Source: Convolutriloba macropyga
Taxonomy: Eukaryota
Direction: 5' to 3'
Length of the DNA stretch: 64,000 nt
Assembly (NCBI RefSeq): GCF_964194025.1
Contig: NC_134480.1
Location: 8,866,001 to 8,930,000 of the forward strand
A program made the position numbers and the translations under genes. Within the stretch, counting starts at the first letter, position 1; each line of letters begins with the position of its first letter. The notes beneath the pieces are model-generated. The model made no database searches, was not told where the DNA came from, and saw only the letters and a program-made list of their open reading frames with translations. Of the stretch, positions 26,918 to 36,800 are shown piece by piece.

Positions 26918-27054
26918 CTTGGTTCAACTTCAACAGATTCATCGCACTCGAAAGATGGATTATCAATATGCTCGACCTCATCAGCGGCACCAAAGTTGCC
27001 ATCAAGGTCTTTGGCTTCTTTATACTGAGTAGAAATGAAAATAGGTACAACCAT
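26918..27054 (-). CDS. ITM2/BRICHOS-family protein, first coding exon
   Basis: ATG at 27054, 6 nt after acceptor ccctttcag (ends 27061). MVVPIFISTQYKEAKDLD resembles ITM2B MVKVTFNSALAQKEAKKD. Donor AG|GTGACT at 26917. The five exons sum to 1092 nt (363 aa plus stop). Confidence 0.8.
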
Positions 27055-27343
27055 GTCTATCTGAAAGGGGGAAAATGATACAAAATTCCTCACTAGCTTT
27101 GTTCAGAAAAAAATGTTTAAAAAATTCAAATCATAGAATATGGTGAAACTGGTAAAGAGGGGGTGGGAGGGGGTTTTTCCCATTATAGCCCACCTCCTCC
27201 ATTACGGTATACTAAACAAAACCAATCAAAAACATCGATCGCAGATGGTTGTTATCAATTGCTTTCAATTTAGATTTAAAAAAATTGATCACTTATGGCA
27301 GATTAAGAATTGAAAATGCTTTCGAAGTTGGGAAATTTTCGCG

Positions 27344-30125
27344 AGACAAGATAAAGCGCTTCGCGAGACAAACATATTTGCAATTAGAACACCCGCTGGA
27401 ATCGAATTGTCAGTTTTTGTCAAAGAAATGCTCTCTTAGGGGCAAAGCCATCCAGTCAACGACAAATTCAATGAGATTCGTTTTCTGGTGGATCTGGACA
27501 AGCTTAACCGATCCCCGCGCAATTTCCTGTTGAAAACTGTGCAAAATCGAGTCTTCAACCAAGTGGTATCCCAAAAACGTAAGAGAGAACTACAGACCGC
27601 AGCCTGGTCAACGTAACCGAACACCTCAAGGAGAACAAACTTTTAACTGTGCCGTTTGTCAAAAGGAATGGTTTTTTCGTAACGAAGAAAAGCTATGGAC
27701 AAAATCTCCTGGATGTACGTAATTTTTTGCAGTTTAAAGAATGGAACGTGAGGACGATAATATAACTGTTGAAAAAAAATAAAAAAGCACTTTGTCAGGA
27801 AGCAGACTCGAAATTACAGCACTTATTCGACTATATGGTTAAGCAAACACTCTTTAAGAAAAAAAAATAGATAACCCCACTGAAACCGGTTCCGTCGATT
27901 CATTCCTGGGAGTAGACACCACAACCTACACAAATTTCTTACGCTACTTTTATTGAAGTTACCTGGAGTAAACATTGAAACATCCAAAATTGATGCACAA
28001 AGAAATTGAGCGAATTGTGCTTGATGACGACAAAAAACTAGTCTCATTAGATGTAGAAAGTATATACATAAATGTGCCTTTGCCTTTAACGAAGCGATAG
28101 ATATATTCTAAGGTGCCTCTATTCAAGTGACCACGCTCCAGATATATGAAATATCAACAAAAAACTTCTGTAAAAATTGGTTGGGACGAATGTACTTTTC
28201 AAATGCAACAATAAATGTAACTGCAAATTAGACGGCTTAGCAATGGACGAAATTTTGGTGGCCATATTTCCAAACACTTGGACGAAATCGTTCAGAAATA
28301 GAACGATGGAATAGATTTAAAAGAGGATTGTCAATTCAAAACTTTCTTACGAACGTTTTCGAACTCTGAGTTCATCGCCAGGTTATAAACAATACAAAAA
28401 TCTAAAAAGAAAAGCCAGAAAATAAAATGCAAATCAGTAAAATCAACCATTCAAGGAAATTTAAAACGAACTTTTACATATCTACAATCGTATCTACAAA
28501 CCATTTATATCTGAGTAAAAAAAACATTTTTGACTTGATGTAAGAGATGCATATCGACATGTTTTTTGTTAGAAACCTACATATATTGCTTTAAACTTAC
28601 TTTGGTTTTGTTCAAATTTAAAAATGAAATTTTCGTTTCTTAGCGTGTCTTTCAAGTTGGATTTTTTATCTCAAAACTAAGATTTCAGTGTATATTCTCG
28701 TGTTCGGTATTCTTGTTCGACAAGATAAAGCGCTTCGTGAGACAAACAAATTTGCAATTAGAACACCCGATGGAATCGAATTGTCCGTTTTTGTCAAAGA
28801 AATGCTCTCTTAGGGGCAAAGCCATCCAGTCAACGACAAATTCAATGAGATTCGTTTTCTGGTGGATGTGGAGAAGCTTGTCCGATTCCCGCGCAATTTC
28901 CTGTTGAAAACTGTGCAAAACCGAGTCGTCAACCAAGTGGTATGCCAAAAACGTAAGAGAGAACTACAGACCGCAGCCTGGTCAACGTAACCGAACACCT
29001 CAAGGAGAACAAACTTTTAACTGTGCCGTTTGTCAAAAGGCATGGTTTTTTTCGCAACGAAGAAAAGCTATCGACAAAATCTCCTGGATGTACTTCATTC
29101 TTTGCAGTTTAAAGAATGAAACGTGAGGACGATAATATAACTGTTGAAAAAAAATAAAACGCACTTTGTCAGGAAGCAGACTCGAAATAACAGCACAACT
29201 TGCTCCACTATATGGTTAAGCAAACATTCTTTAAGACAAAAAAAGATACCCCACTGAAACCGGTTCCGTCGATTCATTCCTGGGAGTAGACACCACAACC
29301 TACACAAATTTCTTACGCTACTTTTATTGAAGTTACCTTGAGTAAACGTTGAAACATCCAAAATTGGTGCACAAAGAAATTGAGCGCATTGTGCTTGATG
29401 ACGACAAAAAGATAGTCTCGTTAGATGTAGAAAGTATATACATAATTGTGCCTTTGCCTTTATTGAAGTGATAGATATAGTCTAAGTAGCCACTATTCAA
29501 GTGACCACGCTCCAGATATATGAAATATCAACATAAAACTTTTGTTAAAATTGGTTGAGACGAATGTACTTTTCAAATGCAACAATAATTGTAACTGCAA
29601 ATTAGACGGCTTATCAATGGACAAAATTTTGGTGGCCATATTTGCAAACATTTGGATGAAATCGTTAATGAGTAGACCGATGGAATAGGTTTAAAAGAGG
29701 ATTGCCACATCAAAAGTTTCTTACAAACGTTTTCGAACTCTGAGTTCATCGTCAGGTTATAAACAATACAAAATGCTAAAATAAAAAGCCAGAAAATAAA
29801 ATGCCAATCAGTAAAATCAACCATTCAAGAAAATTTAAAACGAAATTTTACATATCTACAATCGTATCTAAAAAACATTTACATCTGAGTAAAAATACAT
29901 TTTCGACTTGATGTAAGAGATGCATATCAACAAGTTTTTTGTTAAAAAACCGACATATATTGCTTTAAACTTACTTTGGTTTTGTTCAATTGTCAAAGTG
30001 AAATTTTCGTTTCTTAACGTGTCTTTCAAGTTGGAAAAATGAAATTTTCGTTTCTTAACGTGTCTTTCAAGTTGGATTTTTATCTCCAAACTTAGCTTTT
30101 AGTGTCAATTCTCGTGTTTGGTATT
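27344..30125. repeat. Tandem duplication (period 1374 bp) of a plus-strand PLE RT fragment fused to a minus-strand pLTR
   Basis: GACAAGATAAAGCGCTTCG at about 27344 and about 28718. Near-identical ORFs 27436-27624 and 28810-28998. PLE RT echoes (LDVESIYxNVP, DGLAM) on the plus strand. Confidence 0.9.
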
Positions 30126-32677
30126 CGTTGCGCGTGTCAATGGCTGGTTTCAATGTTCTTACATAGAGCAACTCTGGTGTCATTAACTTAGATTGTTGGC
30201 TGCATTGGTCTAATATCTTACACTGGAAAGCTGTTTCATCACCGTTGCAATCTTTTGCATGTACTCCCATCGGTGAGTCCACCCTGGCATGCTCTGCTTG
30301 TTGGTAATATGTCGGCATGTCTGCCCTACAGAGATGGATTTGCACCCATTACAAGTGAGTTCATAAACCACGTGGGATTTGAGATCCTCATCAAAGCTAG
30401 ATTTGAGGCAAGGTAAACAGCTCTTAAGTTTCCGAGTGGTGAAAATCGTCTGTACAGAATGAATTTCTTTCAAATTCTTTAAAAATTCATTAGAGATGTT
30501 GCCTCTGTACTGTAATACAAGTTGTTGTTTCTCAGTATTTTCCTGTTGTTTTACGGCTACACCCGCGTTAGATTTATGTCCTTTTCTTTTTTTTTTCATT
30601 CGCAGCTGCTAATTGTATCCTTGATGATTTTCCCTACGCAATGCCTAGGATATTGACTACGTTCCCAAATTTCTTCATTTTTTGTCAATGACTCATGGAA
30701 CGCTTCGCAATTGCTGGTGGCTCGGAACAGGCGGTGTATTGTTCCCTGTATTATGCTTTTCTTATGTTGTAGGGGTGCACAGCTACGATAGTTCAGAATT
30801 GTTCTAGTATCTGATGGTTTTCGATACAATGTGCAAAAAATGTTCCCCTCCGGTTGTACGTTAATTGAAATTTCCAGAAATGGCAAACTGTTTTTATCAT
30901 CTGTTGTTTCTAATGTAAATTGGAGATTTATTGACCGCATCTAACAGCTCTTTTATGTCGCCTCTAACTGTTCTCACAATATCGTCGACATATCTTAGAA
31001 AAACTTTAGTTTCGGACGAATGGTTAATGTCAGTCTGATCATTTTCACGACAGAATGTGCACATCCATAACTGGTTTTCCATGCTATCATATTCTGTGTT
31101 ACTGATTTGCTGACATTTTGCGTGGAACCATCCATTACAAACTTCACACTCAACACCCCGGGAACGTGCTGTCATACGGTGTTCGCAATTGCGACAAGTG
31201 CTAGATTGTGTGGTGGTTTTACATTTAGGTGTCTGTAATTTTAGTTGTAGCTCCCACGATTTCATCCAAAGGTTTGCCAAAATCACCACCAAGGACGCAC
31301 CCATTGCCAAACCGTCTTTCTGACAGTACCAACTTTCATTGCATTTGAAATGGACGTTGGTGACGGCTAATTCAAACAGACGTTTCATTGTTGTTCTAGG
31401 TATGTCTGCTTTATCGTCCCTATTATGAAGCGATCGCAGGGCACTGTTAACAGCTTCCTTTACGGGAACGTTGGTGTATAAACTTTTTACATCCAATGAT
31501 AGGATTTGTTCGTCTTTTTCAAGGTTTATTTGCTCCAGAGTCTTTCGTGCGTCATTGGTGTTAGTTTTTATGTTTGCTCCTTCAATCTTTTGGAAAAAGG
31601 GTGTTAGAAACTTGTTAAGTTTATGGTAACAACTTCCCGGGATAGAGAGAACAGGTCTCAGAGGGGTTTCTTTTTTGTGTACTTTCGGTAATCGATACAA
31701 CCTTGCCGGTTGCGCACCAGTGGACCTTAAAGCTTCGTAAACCATAACCGGTATCTTTCCTTTTTTTCCTCATCTCCAAAAGTTCTTTGTTTAGTTCTTT
31801 TTCGTTTTTCACTACGATATTATTACAACTCTTTTCAAGTTTTGGAACTGTTCGCCATATAAAAACTCTTTCCAGTTTTTCTTCGTACGTGCTCTTTTTG
31901 ATAACACAAAACCCTACCCCTTGTCAAAAGGAACAGCAATCAGGTCGTTGTCAAGCAGATATTTTTGCACTTTTGCTAATGCTCTATCTAAAGGTGTTTC
32001 TCTGATGTTTTTTGAGTACCATTTTGCTGCCGACTCAATTTCGAACAGTTTTTCACCTCGTACATTGTTCTCACACAGATTTCTTATCAAACTGTCTATG
32101 TCCGCCAAGAAATGCAACTCTTCAACCTTGTCCCTTATTGGATGCTTTGGACCAAAAACGAGCAAGTCCCTGACGAGTCCCGGCAAAATGATATTATTTA
32201 GAACCACTACAGTCTTCTCATTAGATGCTCTTAGCGGCTTGTCTTGCCTTTCAGAAAGTTTGGCAACTTTTCCCTGCAGTCTTCGTTCAGAATTAACTAC
32301 ATGTTGCCAACTGCGTTGCGCAAAACGAAAATTACGGAGGGCAATAGGTGGTTATCTAATTTGTTAAGGAGAATTTTTCGACCAGCAGCTTGCTTTTGGT
32401 CACATTTACGATGCGTGTCAGCTGCTGTGGAAATTTCCGACCTTAGTAATTTTAGTTGAAAACTATGCACCATTTGATCCGAAAAAACATCTGTTTCCGG
32501 AACGCAAAATTTCAAAAAATTCGGTATTATATTGGTGGTAAGGCAATTTTTAAGAAAATTTATTCTGCATCTGCTACTTTCATATTTACACACATTGTTT
32601 TCATAGTCCAAGTATGGCTTCCAACAGTCTCTTTTTAGCAAAATTTTTCTCAACAAACATCTTGGCAGTTTAACCAT
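30067..32677 (-). pseudogene. PLE ORF2: RT with in-frame PHD finger, thumb, GIY-YIG endonuclease (frameshifted)
   Basis: LPKVHK..PLRPV, SLDVKSLYTNVP, GLAMGASL, PHD, RYVDD, LPFLEI, YRKPS, VVYELTCNGCKSISVGQTCRHI, ELLYVRTLKPAID. Split over ORFs 32297-32731, 31914-32207, 30897-31745, 30596-30940, 30210-30599 and 30067-30345. Confidence 0.92.
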
Positions 32678-32731
32678 AGTTGAAGGTTTGTAAAAGACCT
32701 CCGGTGAGCGAACACCAAGAGATGCTATCAC

Positions 32732-33329
32732 TTACCACTGAGAATTCGCTTTTTCTTTGCCTCTCGTTGATTTTTGCTAAGTTTCCTTTTCCCCCTGTTC
32801 TTTTTAAGCAGTTTCCGTAGATTAGATTGATATTTCAACACTAACCCCAGTAATTTAAACTCAATGTCGGGGTCCTAATGTAGTTGGAAGTATCTGCTGA
32901 TGATGTTCGTGTTCTTTTGCTTCCGTCCTGACACCAAATGCTTCGTTGACTGGATCACTAAAATTCCTAACAGCTGTTTTAAAATGTTTTTACCGCCATA
33001 CTTTTGACAGCAAACCATCGCCTTGTTTCTATCCGAATGACGTTGTAAAAAGGCAACCAACTTCTCTACATCACACGGCCTGTTGTCATCTGTTCGTTAG
33101 TGAGGGTGATGGAGTTCTTCAAGGCGTCGTACCAAATCACGAAATCACTGCGGTCTTTCAGTTGACCCTTGTGCCAGACCTTTCTTATGTTGTTTTCGGC
33201 GTTTCTGGAGTTTGGGTTGAACGAAAGACCCGGAATGGCGGTCACCGGCGGGAGTAACAATTTTGGATGTTTGCTGTTTTTAGGTTTTAATGCATGGAAA
33301 AATGAACTTGCCGCCAGAATATGCACCAT
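32732..33329 (-). pseudogene. PLE-associated upstream ORF1 (about 198 codons), SGNH-like pattern with basic tail
   Basis: ATG at 33329. ORFs 33066-33329 and 32875-33060 join across a frameshift and continue past an internal TAG to TAA at 32732. Lies between the 5' pLTR and ORF2. Confidence 0.6.
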
Positions 33330-33437
33330 TCTTCAATCTGTAATTGTTCCATGTTGATCTAGCTGAAATGACATAGAAAACTCAACTTGCCCCTTCCTGG
33401 GCTTTGGCTTGTTAAATTGACAGATTTGATCAAGATT

Positions 33438-33803
33438 TGAAAGAGGATTGTCAATTCAAAACTTTCCTAGGAACGTTATCAAACTCTGAGTTCATTGTCA
33501 GGTTATAAACAATACAAAATGCTAAAATGAAAAGCCAGAAAATAAAATGCAAATCACTAAAATCAATCAGTAAAGTAAATTTAAAAGGAATTTTTACAAA
33601 TCTGCAATCGTATCTACAAAACATTTACATCTGAGTAAAAATACATTTTCGACTTGATGTAGCAGATGCAGATCGACATATTTTTTGCTAAAAAAACCTA
33701 CATATATTGCTTTAAACTTACTTTGGTTTTGGTCAATTGTAAAGTTGAAATTTTCGTTTCTTAACATGTCTTTCAAATTGGATTTTTATCCCCAAACTAA
33801 GCT
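33438..33803 (-). repeat. 5' pseudo-LTR of the PLE (other copies at about 28316-28715 and 29692-30100)
   Basis: Shared strings AAGAGGATTG, CTCTGAGTTCAT, CAGGTTATAAACAATACAAAA and GCTTTAAACTTACTTTGGTTTTG occur in all three copies. Confidence 0.88.
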
Positions 33804-33804
33804 G

Positions 33805-36800
33805 TCATCCGATGGAAGAAAGTTGTATTCCTGAACCAGGTGAAGTGCCAGAATATAGGCAACCAAGAAAACAAAACAATGGGGATCTTGTAAGGTTCTG
33901 CAGTCACTGCAACAAATTACCCAAAACTGAACTCACGTTAGTGGGAAGGAATAAGCGTGATGCTACCTCTACAATTCTAAACTTTCGTAGATATGCCGCA
34001 TTGCAACATTAGAAAAAAATTAGTTCAGGGGACTGTGTATAGGTTTTTCTGTTGCACGACAAATTGTAAATGTTTTGAAAAAGCTTAATGCAAATCAAGA
34101 ATGTTTGAAAAATCAGAAACTTGAAATTCGACTGCATATTGTACACAAAACCATGGAAACACTCGTGGTAGGGAAACGAAAAGCCTCAAACACAAAGAAA
34201 AAGAGATAAACAATTGTCAAAAAATAGTTGAGAACAAAACACCACTTATATTTTGCCTTACAGATGCAGTTAAGTGTGATACAGAAAAAAAACCAGAGAA
34301 GTTATCTTAGTTTAAATTTAATTTTTAAACTAAGATAACTTCTCTGGTTTTTGAAACTCGACTGCATATTTTACACAAAACTATGGAAACACTCGTGGTA
34401 GGGAAACAAAAAGCCTCAAACACAAAGAAAAAAAGATAAGCGATTGTCAAAAAATAGTTGAGAACAAAACACCACTTATATTTTGCATTACAGATGCAGT
34501 TAAGTGTGATACAGAAAAAAAACCAGAGAAGTTATCTTAGTTTAAATTTAATATCTGAATAGTAAAATGAAAACATGCTTGCGTTCGCTTAAGTCGAGTT
34601 TCGACAATAACCTGAAATCTCACTTAGTTTATGAATTTCGTATAGTTCATGTGAATCCACCTATGTCGGCGAAACCTGCCGTCACGTTATCACGAGGGTA
34701 ATTGAAAATCAGGGAAATGACTCACCGGTGGGGCAGCACGTTAGCGACTGCTGTGGTTCGTCAAAGTTGTTAAATGGCGAATCATTGAACTCTGCAGCGA
34801 CATTAGAAAATTGATCTCATCGGAAGCATTGTACATAAAGCAACAAAAACCGAAATTGAACACGCGGGACAAACATCGTGGGCGGTAGATGACGCTCAAT
34901 TATTAGTCTGACATGTTAATTGGCTTGTTCAAAAGGTTTTAACGAACACTATATGCAAACAAGCATAAATCACACAACTGTCAACAAACAAAACCTAAAA
35001 TCTCAGAAAAGAATGAAAATAAACGACATTTTTCGAAAATTGAAAATCTAAGATTTCTGAAAGTTCAAAAAAACGATGTAAACAAGTCATCAATTTCCAG
35101 AACCTAAAACTTTAATTTTGTAATGATTGTTGAGATAGTTACATTTTGGTTTAAACAATCTTTGAGTAAAATTGATATCCTGAAAAGGCTAGTTTTGGCA
35201 AAAACGTTCGTTTTAAATTTGGAATTGGACTATCTGTTCTTCAATTTATTTTAAAATCAAATGGGTTATTATTCTCTAAATCGACAAAACAGTGAGCACC
35301 CACTATGAAAGATGACAGCAGCGTTTTTAAATTTCCCACAACCACTTTCTGTATTTTGAACTTAGAGCAATATGCTATACTCTAGGAGCCTTTTGGAACG
35401 ATTGAAATATAACTATGCTGATTGGATGTCTAGCCTTCCTTCCGTGTACAGCACCACATGTATTATCACTCTTAGTTACAAGTTTGATACCTTGTAAGCC
35501 GTTAGAGGGAAGGAACTTTGCTCAATATGTTGATAATATTGTGTTTACCACAAAGTCAAAAGATAAAGATTTGCTCAAAAAATTTAACGCATTGCAGATT
35601 ACAAAAAACTTACAAATTACATTAGAAAGTCAAGCTGATAACGGCGAACTGGCTCCTCTTGATTTGAACATATGTGAAGGCAAGGAAAAATATTTTCATG
35701 CAAATGATACGATAAGCGTGATGCTACCTCTACAATTCTAAACTTTCGTAGATATGCCGCATTGCAACATAAGACAAAAATTAGTACAAGGGACTGTGTA
35801 TAGGTTTTTCCGTTGCACGACAAATTGTAAATGTTTTGACAAAGCACTTAATGCAAATCAAGAATGTTTGAAAAAACAGAAACTTGAAATTCGACTGCAA
35901 ATTGTACACAAAACTATGGAAACACTCGTGGTAGGGAAACAAAAGGCCTCAAACTTAAAGAAAAATGATAAACAATTGTCAAAAAATATTTGAGAACAAA
36001 ACCCCAATATTATTTTGCATTACAGATGCAACTTAAGTGTGATACCGAAAGAAAAACCACAGAAGTTATCTTGGTTTAAATTTAATTTTCTGAATAGTAA
36101 AATGAAAACTTGCTTGCGTTCGCTTAAGTCGAGTTTCGATAAAAACCTGAAATCGCACTTAGTTTATGAAATTTCTTGTAGTTCATGTGAATCCACCTAT
36201 GTCGGCGAAACCTGCCGTCACGTTATCACGAGGGTAACAGAAAATCAGAGAGATGACTCACCGGTGGGGCAGCACAATAGCGACTGCTGTGGTTCGTCAG
36301 GGTTGTTAATTGGCGAATCATTGAACTCTGCAGCGAAATTAGAAAATTGATCTCATTGGAAGCATTGTACATAAAGCAACGAAAACCGGAATTAAACACG
36401 CGCCACAAATATCGTGGGCGGTAGATTACGCTCAATTATTAGTCTGACATGTGAGTTGGCTTGTTCAAAAGTTTTAAACAAACAATATATGCAAAAAAGA
36501 AAAAATCACACAACTGTCAGAAAACAGTCCCTAAAATCTCAGAAAAGAGGGAAAATAAACGACAATTTTCGAAAATTGAAAATCTAAGATATTTGAAAAT
36601 TCAAAAAAACGACGTCAACATGTGGTCAATTTCCAGAACCTAAAAAACTTAATTTTTGTATTGATTGTTGACATAGTTACATTTTGGTTTAAAATAATCT
36701 TAGAGTAAAATTGATATCCTGAAAAGGCTAGTTTTAGCAAAAACATTCGTTTTAAATTTGGAATTGGACTATGTGTTCTTCAATTCATTTTAAAATCAAA

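Larger units (their letters stand above)
29692..33803 (-). mobile_element. Penelope-like element (GIY-YIG type), near full length, with direct pseudo-LTRs
   Basis: ORF2 carries the PLE N-terminal motif (FLKNCLTTNIIPNFL), PFDKG, RT and GIY-YIG domains. About 370-bp direct repeats at 29692-30100 and 33438-33803 include the ORF2 3' end, as PLE pLTRs do. Confidence 0.93.
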
